A stretch of 63,214 nucleotides of DNA, counting the filler, from Reclinomonas americana ATCC 50394 (Eukaryota), in the NCBI GenBank assembly GCA_048213135.1. It is 12 parts of 12 records of this genome, joined end to end, with 100 filler letters (N's around TTAATTAATTAA, not from the genome) between each part and the next. Parts side by side here need not be neighbours in the genome. Positions count along the whole stretch, not along the records: positions 19,401 to 36,012 come from AFZH01018602.1; positions 36,113 to 39,352 come from AFZH01018603.1; positions 39,453 to 40,859 come from AFZH01018604.1; positions 40,960 to 44,550 come from AFZH01018605.1; 8 more parts are not named here. The stretch is one strand, 5' to 3'. This document shows, piece by piece, positions 28,871-42,458 of this stretch. The notes under the pieces were generated by a model. It was given only the letters and a program-made list of their open reading frames with translations. It did no database searches and had not been told where the DNA came from. Position 1 is the stretch's first letter, and every line of letters starts with the position of its first letter. A program made the translations under genes and the position numbers.

Positions 28871-31333
28871 TTACTTCTTCAGCAGCTTGAACGACGGGCA
28901 GCACACGGATCGCACCACTTCCACCATGTCCGGTCGCTGCATGCGCGCAGTGAGTGAGCACAAGCGAGTGAGTGTGAATCACAGCGACGACGTACGTTCG
29001 AAGTCTGGAAGGTGAAGCAGACCAGGTTTTCCGAGGTAGCAATGAGCTGTGTAAGCAAGCAGGTCAGGTCATGCAGTGAGTGGAGTGCTGAGCAAAGTGG
29101 GCAGGCACCTTGACGAGGCCGCGAAGCACGGCTCCGCCGGACTGGACCGAGTACTGTGAACACGGAGGGATGAGCTGGAGAGAGTCTTCCCTCCGTGATT
29201 ACGCCCTCCACGCACCTCCATGTGAATGACGTAGTTTCCATCGTCATCGTATTCGGTCTTGCTGTCCTCCACCTCGCCTGACTGGCAGAAGACGAGCTGT
29301 TCGCAGAACGAGTCAGCGGCCTCCTCTCTCCTCGCCGACGGTGGAATCGGATCGATGAGGACCTGATGGGGCAAGTCAGTGCACGGCCGCGACAACTGTG
29401 ACGCGTTCGGGCTGTGCATGCACGAAACGCGAGTCACGGCCACAGAGGAGTGCGCCGCGGGTTGGAATTGCGTCACGTTGCCGAACTGCGAGAAATGACG
29501 ACAACGTCAACGTCTCCACACAGGAAGAATGAGGGGAGGCGCTCTGCAATGCGCGCACCTCTTGTCGTTCCCACTGAATCGGTACATCGATGCAGAACCC
29601 GAGTCGCGCATCCTCATAGTGAACGGTGCCGCACATCTTGCCTGCATGCGGACACACGGTGACTACTCGGACCGACAAGCGTCGCCATCGATGAGGGTCA
29701 ACGCACCGGATAATCGCTGCAGCGAGCTGGGCGGCCGAGATTGCAAGTCTGCGAAAGGGGGAAGATGACGACAATGAAAACAACACAACTAACAGGTGTG
29801 CACATGCGCACCACATGGATCCAGCAGTCGGATGCTGCTAACAAAGTCCTTCAGGCCTCCGTCGGCACATGCGGCGTCTTGCACAGTGGAAACAACATAA
29901 AGCCTGCGTCGGCGCAGTGGTCAGCTCACACACAGCTGCATCCATTGTGTTCATGATGCAGTCACTTACCGCAAGTCGGCCACCGTGACCCACATGAAGA
30001 GTACCTTGCCGGCAGCCTTGTGAACAAAAACACACAGTGAGCATGAGTCGCAGCGGAGAAGGGAGACCGAATCCACTACCTCTCCCGCCAGCAGTCGATC
30101 CTCCGACACTGTCCACTCGATACCATTCGACTGCATCGTGGTGCTCTCCTTTACCGCTTCGAGTTCCGTGCAGCTCGTTGCAGCGCGCAAGGCGACCGTC
30201 TGCACAATGTCGACGAGCAGAGTTGATGGACGAGCGGCGAGGGGCCACAATCTCCGTGCTTCTCACCTTGATGTACGACGCCGGCGGGTGGTGCACCGCC
30301 AGTGCGCATTTGTGCACGGTGGCCTCTTGCACTCTGCCAGCCTTCTATGACCTCCGCATCCCTTGTGAGGGCAAGACGAGCACACAAAGTCGCCACTCAG
30401 CGCCACACGCACCACCATGTGCATCGCCACTCGCTTATCGGCCGACTCCCAGTCGAAATTCCACGCCGCGGGCACCTCGCACTGGAGCAAATGATTCCAC
30501 AGGTGCAGCGTCCGTTTGACGGGCGACTCCGGGACTGCGAGATGCACACAGAGATCAGCAAGCCATCAGACAACTGCGGCATCATCGTCGCAACTCCTCC
30601 CAAAGTCCAAGTACGCATGCTCGACAATCTGGACCACGAATGAGCGCCTGTGTGGACACGTAGAGCGAGAAATAAACAGCAACTCACATACACCGCCGCC
30701 GCCTTGCACTGCTGGTACCTGTCACCGGCCGTCGACGTGGTCATTGTTACAGTGTACAACCGCCCATCGACCTCCGCGCACGCCAACCAGAACGACAACA
30801 CCGGTCCGAGGCCCGGCACCACAAAGCAGCTCTCCGCGCACCACACATCACCCCCAAGGAACGGAATGCTCATCTTCTCCGTCTGCGGTCGCGCCGACGG
30901 CGAAGCCATCATCAGCGTCACTGTTTTCATTTGCAATCATTTTCAGCGTGCGGATCAGCAGGCGGATTGCAGCTGACGAGACGCAACTGAGCATGTTCTG
31001 CTCAATGTCGTTGAACATATACGCCATGTACTCCTGCACAGTGCGCTGTGCCGCGGGCACACTCTCCACGGAAATCTCAGCCCTGCAAATGCATGAGTGT
31101 CGCACTCGTCGCCACACATGCACACACCAGAGCGCGCGCAACATTTGCGCCAGTGGAATGTGCTCACTGACAGGCTGCGAGGTGAGCTCGGGCGACATGA
31201 GACAGAGGATCTCGCTCACTCGTCGCGGCGCAAGGGCGATCCACCCAGCAGGCATCGATGGCAACACAAAACCCGATCGCGCGTGATGGTATACGCCATC
31301 AGCAGAGGTCACAGCGAGCGGCGGGAGTGACAT
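28871..31333 (-). CDS. Hypothetical protein, possibly tandem PsbP/DcrB-like domains
   Basis: ATG at 31333; many short exons; repeated domain-start motifs YHHARSGFVLPSMPAGW and YEDARLGFCIDVPIQW; GRLYTVTMTT; ends SFKLLKK* at 28871. Confidence 0.55.
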
Positions 31334-31398
31334 AGTGCTCAGACAGACAGACAAAGGGCTGCTTGTCCTCGTCCTTTCGCTTGCGTGACAGACACGCG

Positions 31399-33872
31399 AT
31401 GGGTTCCTCCTCGTCGTCGTCCACACTGCACGCGTCTGGTGGCGACAAGCCTGCCTCTGGTGAACTGCGTGTTGTCGTGGCCAGTCCATGCCACCACTGC
31501 CACCTCACAGGTGCGACACACACTGTGCAACACTCTCTGTTTGTTTACTCACTCTTTGGCGCGCGCGCGCGCACGGTAGTGAGTGCTGGTGACGACGCAG
31601 TGGGCACTCACGAGGCCCCGCCACCTGTCGACTCGGTGGAGAGCGCCATGGATGAGGAGTTGCTGACACGACGACTGGTGGAGCAGTGCCCGTCGCTCAA
31701 CTCCGAATCGCCCGATCATCGCCCTCCGCGACCTCCACCCGTCTGGGGTCGCATAACGCTCCTGCAGCATGTCTATGGAGCAAAGGTATGCGAGTGTATA
31801 TGAAGGGCAGAAGTGTGCGTTTCGCGCTCGTTCAGTTGTCGGTGCCCAGATGCGTCCGCACCCGAGTCTGGCGTTTGAGCGGTGAGCTGCCTCCGTCCCT
31901 CTTTGACTTATTATGGATTTTCTGTGGTGTGACTCTTTCCATGTCATTGCAGTGAGTTGCATGACATGACCGATGGCGGGTATGTTGCGTTGGATTGGTG
32001 GAGACCGGCGGTGGCGGAGGGCGAGCCGCAGCCGCCTGTGTTGATTGTGTTTCATGGGCTTACTGGTGGCTCGCATGAGCGATATGGTGTGTTGCCGGGA
32101 GGGCGTCTTGCTCTTGTGTGGCGACGACTCACTGTACACAGTGCAAACATTCGTGCGACATGCGTACGAGACTGCGGGGTTTGTTTTGTTTTAGTTTGTG
32201 GGCTGGCCTGGTGCGGATGCTTACGTTGTTTTGTTGCCGCAGATTTCACTCCGTGGTCTTCAACTATCGCGGTTGTGGCGAGACCGATCTGCGGGTGTGT
32301 GTGTCGACGACTGTGTCGGTCGCCTGCTCTCTCTCTCACTCCTGGTCTCTTGCTGGCAGTCGCCGCGTGCGTACTCGGGGGTCGACACGTCGGACTTTCA
32401 CGAGATCTCGCACTACGTGGCCAGTCTGTACCCGCCAAACCATCCGTGCGTTCACCCCGTCATCATATGGCCACTCGTCTTCTTGCGGTCGCCAACTCGC
32501 GCCTTCCCTCTCCTATTCACACATGCAGATTGGTGGCCGTTGGTTTCTCGCTGGGCGCCATCATCTTGTGCCGCTTCCTTTCCGAGTTCGGTCCACCGCA
32601 GCACCAGCATCACCATTTGCTGAATCCGCTGCCGGATGCGGGACTCGACGACGAGCCTCACGTGCATCCGTAGTTGCGTGGCGAAAGTGACGCACTCCTT
32701 TTGTCTCGTGCTGTGTCCTCATCTTTGCTCTCTGGCGACAGTGGCACTCCTGGTCCGCGTCTGCAGGCGTGCCCGTTTGTCGCCGCCGTGTCGGTCAGCA
32801 ATCCGCTGGACATGATCGAGGGTGCGTGATGTGTGTTGTCTTTGAACAGCAAAATGGATGTGTCTCGTATTCATCGTCGTGCACGCATCACAGGCATGCA
32901 AACTCTGAACCGCGGCAGCAACAAGTGGCTGTACCACAAGCGCATGGGGCGTAATCTGCGCAACCTCGTCTCGCGGTATGCCTTTCGTTGTGTCTCACAA
33001 ACGCTGCTGTGGTGCCTCTCCTGACCCGACACGCGACGTCACAGGAATCGTGAGCAGTTTGAGAAGCTCGATTGCATCAACGTGGAGGAGATCCTGGCGA
33101 CCAAGACCGCGCAAGAATTCGACGCCACCTGCACCACTCGCGTGTACAGTTGAGGGCGATATGGCGCGGGGGGTTTCATGCATGCTGGTCACAGAACTCT
33201 CACCGCCGGTGCTGCGTGCAGATTTCAAGACCCCGATCGACTATTACTACAACGCCTCGTCCATGCGGCATTTGCACAAGGTGAGCAGCAGCGCTCAACA
33301 ACAGTCATGGTGGACAGACTTTCCTCCTAACATTGCTCTTGGTTGCACAGGTGCCGATTCCGCTTCTGCTGATCAACGCCGAGGATGACCCGTTTGCTCC
33401 GCTGCACTCTGTCGATGTTGCGTCGTCGGCACCTAGCGTGCGTGCACTCTCGTGGCTATAATTGCTGACTTGCCGTGCACACCGACAGATGCAACTGTTG
33501 GCCGACGCCAACCCGAATCTCGCGTTCGCCGTCACCAAGCACGGTGGTCACCTGGTACGCGCACATTGATTGCTATTTCCCCACCTCCAACGCTGCTATT
33601 TCTGACACACAGAGATCCGCACAAAGATGTTTGTGGAGCGCCAGTCCAACAGTCGCATGAAGCTGGAGAAGGCCTCATTTTCCGACCGCGCCGGAGTCGA
33701 GTTCCTGCTTGCCGCCGTCGAGCACTACGCCGCCGTGCACAACCATGCGGTCTCCATGCTGCCGCCGGGCGAGGTGGCCGATGTCGTGGAGGTACCAGTG
33801 CCCGACGCCGTGGTGACGCCGACAAGCAGTACCACCACCACCACCACCACCACAACAACAACAACAGAATGA
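31399..33872 (+). CDS. Alpha/beta hydrolase, ABHD1/2/3-YheT family
   Basis: DGGYVALDW; IVFHGLTGGSHERY; VVFNYRGCG; nucleophile elbow VGFSLGA; SVSNPLD; DYYYNASS; PLLLINAEDDPF; TKHGGHL. Confidence 0.92.
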
Positions 33873-34099
33873 ATAATCTGCAGATTCCATGCCTCCAATG
33901 CCCTCCTCTCTCAACGCACAGACAGACATGATTTGCGCAACACACTGGCTGTACTATTCGATACACACGACCGCCACACACCCACACTTTCAAGATACAC
34001 ACGCCTACGCACACGCACAATCTCGCTGGGCCGCACACACATATGACCCGGGGCACCAGCTGACATTGTCGGTGGCGGTGGCGGTCTCATGTACGACGA

Positions 34100-35812
<1,713 letters not shown>

Positions 35813-35925
35813 CCTTCGCGCAACAAATCACTACACAATCCCACGTGACAGACGTGCTCGCACTGGCCGCGACTGTCCACGTCGCACAATCACAATGGCG
35901 ACGCAGCCCCGCATGATCTGTTGCG

Positions 35926-35927
<2 letters not shown>

Positions 35928-35990
<63 letters not shown>
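35928..35990. repeat. (CA)n microsatellite upstream of RAB2
   Basis: Uninterrupted CA run before the gap. Confidence 0.9.
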
Positions 35991-35994
<4 letters not shown>

Positions 35995-36252
35995 CACACA
36001 CACTACTACTACNNNNNNNNNNNNNNNNNNNNNNNNNNNNNNNNNNNNNNNNNNNNTTAATTAATTAANNNNNNNNNNNNNNNNNNNNNNNNNNNNNNNN
36101 NNNNNNNNNNNNTCCAAGCACCACCACTCCACTTCCGACAGTGCCACAACCAACACGTGCAACAAGCAGTACAAGTAGCGGTCGACGACGCAAAGAAATA
36201 GAAAAACGGCAGTGTTGACTCAAGACGTTCACCAACCGGGTGGGAGGGAGGG

Positions 36253-36352
36253 CTCAACAGGAAAGAAAGTGAAAAACAAGAGGAGTGTGTAAGACTCCGA
36301 TCGTATTTTCACTTTATGAAACCATGATATTCCAACAGTGGAAATCTGGATT
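36253..36352. repeat. Direct repeat A2 of the YR retrotransposon
   Basis: CTCAACAGGAAAGAAAGTG...GGAAATCTGGATT, identical to 44255-44354. Confidence 0.95.
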
Positions 36353-36582
36353 TCAACAGTGAACGATCAGAGTCAACACAATGACGGGAAAGATCTGGAA
36401 ACAACAAACAAAAGAAATTGATGACAAAAGCAGGAGTGTGAACATAAAAACAGTGAACACGAAGCACATACACCACATGCACTATCCACTGCACATAAAC
36501 CCGAATCACTACACAGACACGATTCAAGCCCACCCCCACTACACAGGCCACGCACGACACAAACAAACACAGAGTACGTCAC

Positions 36583-38394
36583 TTAGCCATCACAAATGAC
36601 ACAGTCGTCTGGCCCATCGTCCACCGCCGTCGCCTGCTCGAGGGGACGAACACGCGAATAGACGGCAGCAAACACCTCCGCCACAAGCCGCCCCGGTGGT
36701 GGCACATCATTTCTGATGTACAAACGATGAGTATCGTCAGACTTCCACCCAGCCACCGAGTTCAGCTGCGTAGCTTCTACACCAAGCGCGTTGGCGGCCG
36801 TAGCCCCACCGCACCTGAGTGACCGAGCGGAGTATCTCCGGTCCACGCCCGGCTCCAGCTGCTCCGCCACCGAGTTCCACAATGCCTGCAACTGCACGTT
36901 GAACATGCCACGAGTCTTGTTCCACTTGGCATCGTCGTGCGACACAGACGGAAACAGTGTCTCCTGTCCCGCGTCGCTTGCCACCTGCAAGAGAAAATCC
37001 CGCAAATACTGCGGCACACGATGCAGTGTCACCGGCCGAGGCCCGGTAGAAGCATCAACGCTCCTTGCCCTTGGCTTCTCCCAACCCATGTCGACACGCA
37101 CACCACCCGTTGAGGTCTTCTGTAAGTCAGTTCCACGCAGCGCCAAAAACGTAACCGGCCGCATCATCAAAAAGAAGCCAATCAACGTGGTGGCAACGGT
37201 GCGGACACGCAACACTCCCCACCGCTTGTGCAAGCCCAACTTGACCGAGCGCAGACAGCAACTGATGAGTCGCGGATCAAGTGGACGCACACGAACGTCG
37301 TCCACCTCTCTCCCCATTGATGCCGCACTGCCAACATCCAGATTCTGTTCCAGCCTAATGGCTTTCGCCCCTACAAGTGCGCTCCTCACCAACACATGCT
37401 GCGTCGGTGGATCGACTTCTGGGAAACAATCGCGGTGGTACGACGCCAAGGCGTTGATGTTGAACTTGATGGTGGCGTACTGGAGTCCCTGATTGAGCAG
37501 ACGCAGTACATACCCTGCCAAGGCAGTCGGTGTCGCCGGAAACGTAACACCCGCCTTCTCGGCTCGCCGCACCACACCGTGGTACGCTCGACGAGTGTCC
37601 GGCTGCAACGCTGCCGACACCACATCATCTAGCGTGAACTGCTGCCCCCTTTTGAACGCAACTCTCCGAGGTGGCAGACTCCACGCCCTTGCTACTGCTT
37701 GTGCCGCATCGGCACCAGTAGCCAGGCCACCAACCGCGTCCGGCTGTTGGCCTGTGGCTCGATCCGTAGCTTGCGATAGCGCAAGTGCGTCGGAACGGCC
37801 GAGTTGTCGGGCAGCAGCAGTGCGTCCACCGCTCTTGCCCTCACGCTGCCGAACCAGTGCTGGCTCGGCCACAGCGGTGTGATGAGAATCAGCCGAGAGT
37901 GTGGTCTCGCTGTCTCGTCGAAGTGGTGCAAACACCTCCAAATCACCGGCCACGGACAACACGCGTAACTCAGCGTGTCGGTCCAAGGCAGTGTGAAGCA
38001 GTCGCGAGCGACTGCCTCCGGGTGCTGCTCCAGTGTGCAGAACCGCGACACCTTCCGGTTGTGCTGGTCCGCGAACAAGTCGATGTCGGGCTTGCCGAAC
38101 CTCTCGACGATGCTGCTGTACGCCTGGTCGCTCAGTGACCACGCGAAGCGGTCCCACTGCCTGCTCGGTGCGTCCGCGACGTTGAGGTGCGTCGGCACTC
38201 TCGCCACGGTCCACATGATGTTGTTGACGGCCAGAACCCGCCACGTGTCCTTGATGATGCGGTGTAACTCCGGGCTGCGCGAGGCTCCAGACCGCATCGC
38301 TGCCTCCACCCCTGCGTTGTCGGTGAGGAGAAGAACTCGTCGATCCTGTAACTGATCGGCGAAGGTCGCCACGCCCGCGTGCAGTGCGAGTGCC
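36583..38394 (-). CDS. Tyrosine recombinase; domain at about 36583-37650, frame open upstream across RH/MT
   Basis: N-terminal core-binding region (ALQPDTRRAY..LQYATIKFNINAL); FFLMMRP (Arg I); WEKPR; YSARSLRCGGATAA..VAGWKS..HRLY (Arg II, Trp, Tyr). Confidence 0.9.
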   Translation of the reverse strand, partial: GTRTARGRGDLRRSVTGSTSSSPHRQRRGGGSDAVWSLAQPGVTPHHQGHVAGSGRQQHHVDRGESADAPQRRGRTEQAVGPLRVVTERPGVQQHRREVRQARHRLVRGPAQPEGVAVLHTGAAPGGSRSRLLHTALDRHAELRVLSVAGDLEVFAPLRRDSETTLSADSHHTAVAEPALVRQREGKSGGRTAAARQLGRSDALALSQATDRATGQQPDAVGGLATGADAAQAVARAWSLPPRRVAFKRGQQFTLDDVVSAALQPDTRRAYHGVVRRAEKAGVTFPATPTALAGYVLRLLNQGLQYATIKFNINALASYHRDCFPEVDPPTQHVLVRSALVGAKAIRLEQNLDVGSAASMGREVDDVRVRPLDPRLISCCLRSVKLGLHKRWGVLRVRTVATTLIGFFLMMRPVTFLALRGTDLQKTSTGGVRVDMGWEKPRARSVDASTGPRPVTLHRVPQYLRDFLLQVASDAGQETLFPSVSHDDAKWNKTRGMFNVQLQALWNSVAEQLEPGVDRRYSARSLRCGGATAANALGVEATQLNSVAGWKSDDTHRLYIRNDVPPPGRLVAEVFAAVYSRVRPLEQATAVDDGPDDCVICDG

Positions 38395-38938
38395 TCATTG
38401 AGGCCGATGTGCAGCTCCTTGCTGCTGCCGACCCACGGACCCGAGATGACTTGAGTCTGCTGTGACTCCGTGCCCGTGAGCACCGCGGCGAATGCGTGTC
38501 CCGAGCTGTCTGTTGTGACCCTCAAACCCGAAGTGAAAGACGGCGTCACTGCTCTTCTGCGTGTTACCTGCTGACGCAGAGTGCACCAAAATCGCAGGTC
38601 GTCCAGCGCGTCCGCGGTCAGTGTCACGTGATGAGTCCACCTCTTCGCCTGTGAAAGCGTGCGTGGCGAAGCCGCCAGTGAGTTGTACAACTCTCTCAGC
38701 ATCTGCTTGGTCTGCGGCACCGCCAGCGACAATGACTGTGCCTTGCCGACCATACGTGCTAATCTGCGTGCCTCCACTCTGCCATTGTTGTGCGATACGT
38801 ACTTCAGCAGCGCTGTTGCCACCGCCTCCGTCTCGTCGAGCACGTCCGGCGGCACCTCGAAGTAAGGCATCTGTGTTAGATCGAGCATCAGTCCCAAGTA
38901 CTGTACCCTCTGTTGTGGGTGATACACGCCCTTGCGCT
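37692..38938 (-). CDS. pol C-terminal part: RT thumb, RNase H, DIRS-type Dam-like methyltransferase
   Basis: PQQRVQYLGLMLD; VTTDSSGHAF..LHIGLNE..LLTDN..VPTHLNVADAPSR (RNase H); PDIDLFADQHNRK..DCFTLPW..YACCPW..LILITPLWPSQHWF (MT). Confidence 0.92.
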
Positions 38939-39452
38939 CCCTGCCAGAAGTGACAGGCCAAGCGATCGCTAATGCCACGGCTTGTGTGAGTGGCGCGTGC
39001 GTGTTCAGCAGTGACAGCAGCCATAAGCATCACTCAAGCCGCTGTGTGTCCGTTTCTGGTCACGGTGACTTGGGACGCTACCGCCGTGCTTGACAGGGCT
39101 GAAGTCCGCTGATGCAGGGCTTCGGTTCACTCAAGCTCGCTGGCCGGGAAAACTCAAGCCTGGCACAAGCGTTTGGACTGCTGGAGTTGTCTTGGCATGC
39201 TGGTGCACTGACTTCGCAAGCTTGTGTCTGCTGTTGCGTCGACTTCGATGTTGTCTAGAGTGTGCGCTTGGGGGCTTCTACCGTGCTTTTGTAAATGCAA
39301 GCCCTGCCCTGCCCCGCCCGCCGGCCCGCCCCCGCCCCTCGCCCACCCGCAGNNNNNNNNNNNNNNNNNNNNNNNNNNNNNNNNNNNNNNNNNNNNTTAA
39401 TTAATTAANNNNNNNNNNNNNNNNNNNNNNNNNNNNNNNNNNNNNNNNNNNN

Positions 39453-39483
<31 letters not shown>

Positions 39484-41267
39484 CGCACACACCCGACAAG
39501 ACGTTCCACTACCATTTTCTCTGTGGTGCTACATGTGCGGTTTCGTGCCAGAGATGCGAAGGTACGCGCAATCGATGTGTACAAATAAATGACGCTACAA
39601 CAAGCACACGACGCGAATACAAACACACAGACAGACAGACGCACTCGCCCAGAAGACGTGCCAGTGTTGACAGATTGCAGTTTAACACACATTTATACTC
39701 ACGCATTCACAATCTCGCTTCACCCTCTCGTCTCGCTTTGTCTCTTTAATCTAACAGTATCGATGCCATTCTCCTCACCTTACCATTATCAGTACTGTCA
39801 CCATCACGCGCATCTCTCTCGTCCACAAACACATCCACGCAACACCACACGAAGACACAGACAGCAGTTCACGGTCATCTCCATGGCAAGAACCACCTCT
39901 CACGCACCGCGCACACTCACAGAGAGAGAGAGACAGAGAAAGAAGCACACAGAAAACGGCCACTCACTCCATCCCGACTTGTCTTTCGCACACAAACACG
40001 CTCAATCAGTCTCACTCACACAGGCATTCTCGCACAAAGTCTTACCCATTCACTCTTGATGTACTTCTCTGTATCTCTGTCTCCTGTCTCCTGACGTGCC
40101 TCCTGAATCTCAAACTTGTAGATCAAGATCTCTCATTTTGCTCTCTTCACGCTGACTGACTGATACTCACTCTCTCAGTGTCACACTCACACGCTCACCT
40201 ACAGTCTCAGTCGCAACGCGGTCCACTTCGGGACCACTATGGGCGGGCCCGCTGTGGCACCAGAAATGAGAGCCGTCAACGTTCACGACTGCATCACTCA
40301 CAACAAACAACTGAAGGGCATGCGGGCGCCCACACTGACAACGGCGACGTCGAACGGAGAGCCTGTGAGTGTCCACACTGACAACAACAGCTGGAGAGCC
40401 TGTGTGCACGAGCTCGAGTGATGGGTGGGTGGGAGTTAATGCTCACACAGGCGTGACGGCGGGAATTCGCAAAACAAATCTGCCGCGCACCCCTTTGCTG
40501 TTTTGCGCCAGAGGTTGCTGAGTGCACAAACAAGACACGCACGATATATTTTGGAAGCGAGCAGCAGCGGTGAGCTGCGTGCTCTCAGACAACTGCGCGA
40601 GAATGTGTGAGGACTAATGGTGCTCGCGCTCGCGCGGGTCGCCGGTCCTCTGCGCGGGAGTGTGTGACGCCACAGTGTTTTGCTTGCGTGCCTGTTGTGT
40701 GCGATGCGTGTGTCCCGCTCTCCCGTTGCGTGTCACTGCGTACGAGTGATCAAGGGCTCCTGGTAAGTGCCTCCAACTCTGCTGCCTCCTCTTGTGAGAG
40801 GAAGAGAGACTCAAGAGAGAGAGAGAGAGAGGGAGGGGAGAGGGAATGAGAGAGAGAGANNNNNNNNNNNNNNNNNNNNNNNNNNNNNNNNNNNNNNNNN
40901 NNNTTAATTAATTAANNNNNNNNNNNNNNNNNNNNNNNNNNNNNNNNNNNNNNNNNNNNTGACGATTGGCATGATCATGAAGTCGCTGGAGAGGTTTACT
41001 ATGTAGACGTCACTCTCCTCTACTGCCAAGTCACTGCTGATGCTCGAGCTTGAGAGCGCTCTTGGCGACTGTTGGCTGATGCTGTGACTGGAGATGTGTG
41101 GCTTGAGTCGCGGGTGAAGACGGTCACTCAAGCGCTGCATTAGACTCAAGCAGAGAGTACGCTTGAGGCTGATGCACTGGCTTGGACAGAAGCACCGACA
41201 CAAGTCACGCTTCTGCCAGACTTGACAGGCAAGCCATGGGTTGCTAGGCATGTCACTTCTTGCAGGG
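38939..41267. mobile_element. TIR DNA transposon nested in the retrotransposon RT; interior contains two gaps
   Basis: TIRs CCCTGCCAGAAGTGACAGGCC (38939-38959) and the reverse complement of CCCTGCAAGAAGTGACATGCC (41247-41267), 19/21 identical; TSD GCT at 38936-38938 and 41268-41270. Confidence 0.9.
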
Positions 41268-42456
41268 GCTCCTGCCTCTGAATGCCGAGCCTGTTGAGCC
41301 ACAGATGGAGTAGGTCGCGCTGCCACACCGCTGCCTCTCGCGACTGCGCGAGGCTGAGAAAGTCGTCTAGATAGACTGTCAACGCTGTGAACTCGTAAGT
41401 CTTGCGCAAGAAGGCCACGATCGCGCTCGTGACGGTGTGAGTCATGCCCGGGCTCATGCGAGCCCCCATAGGTAGGCACACCATACGAAACATGTGTTTC
41501 CCGACCTGTACCACGAAGAAGTCCCTGTCTTGTGGATGAATGGCGATCGTGTAGAACGCGTCTGTGAGGTCTGTCACTGTCGCCCAACAGCGTGGTCTCA
41601 ACATCTTCGCTACCTCCTTGAGTGTGGCGAACTTGTGGTGAGGAATCTCTATCGCTGTTGACAGAGCGGAAAAGTCGCAGATCAATCTGAGCCTGTCCGT
41701 GCCTTTCTTCGGGATCAAGAATGCGGGCGAGATGTGACGAAAGCGCGTGTGGTCGTGGCGGGAGTTGTCTAGTAGCTCGATTGCTCCGATCTGTACTAGT
41801 CTCTGTACTTCTGCGTCCAGATAGGTCTCTTCTGCCAGACTGAGTCGCTTCGACGGAATGTGGAAAGGATGAGGCGTGTGCTTCCATTCCACTCTCATCC
41901 CCTGCTCTATCACTGCGAGCAGACGAGGAGAGTCCCTCAACACCACTCTCCACCAAGGAAGCGCTTCGCGCAGCCTCTGGTGCATAAACACGCTGGTGTC
42001 GAGTGGGGGAAGGAAAGGTTCTGCTGCCAAGCTCAGCTCTGTTGTGCATCTGGCGCCCACCCCCTGCTGCTGCAGTGGAAGGAACTGCTCTGTGGACAGA
42101 CTGAGACCAAACTTGCCCCCCTCCCTCCCCTGACGCAAGTGGAGTGAGGTCGGCGCTGGCAGCAGAGTCGACGGCAAACAGCTGGCGTTCTCGAGAGAGG
42201 CGAGTGCTTGCTGTTGCTGTCCATGTTGTTGTTGTAGTTGTTGTTGAGTTTTCTGATTTTTCTGAAGTGGATTTTTCGGCTCCGAGTCCGCCTGAATAGA
42301 GAGTGGTGGTGGCGACTCGGCTCCATGGGAAGATAGAAGAGAACACTGATGAGTATGTACAAACGGTGCGGGTTGTGCCCGCGGGGAGGAAGAGGGCACA
42401 CAAGGCGCACTCTTGCTCACCACGGCCCGCTCCTGCGGTGCCGGCACAGCCGGCAC
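41268..42456 (-). CDS. pol N-terminal part: reverse transcriptase core, interrupted at 41268
   Basis: ISPAFLIPKKGTDRLRLICDF; VTDLTDAFYTIAIHP; CLPMGARMSP; YLDDFL; LGIQRQE, after which the insertion begins. Confidence 0.93.
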
Positions 42457-42458
42457 CC

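Noticed and set aside
39453..40859. Possible transposase exons inside the nested TIR element
   Set aside because: Only short ORFs without DDE or other recognisable motifs.
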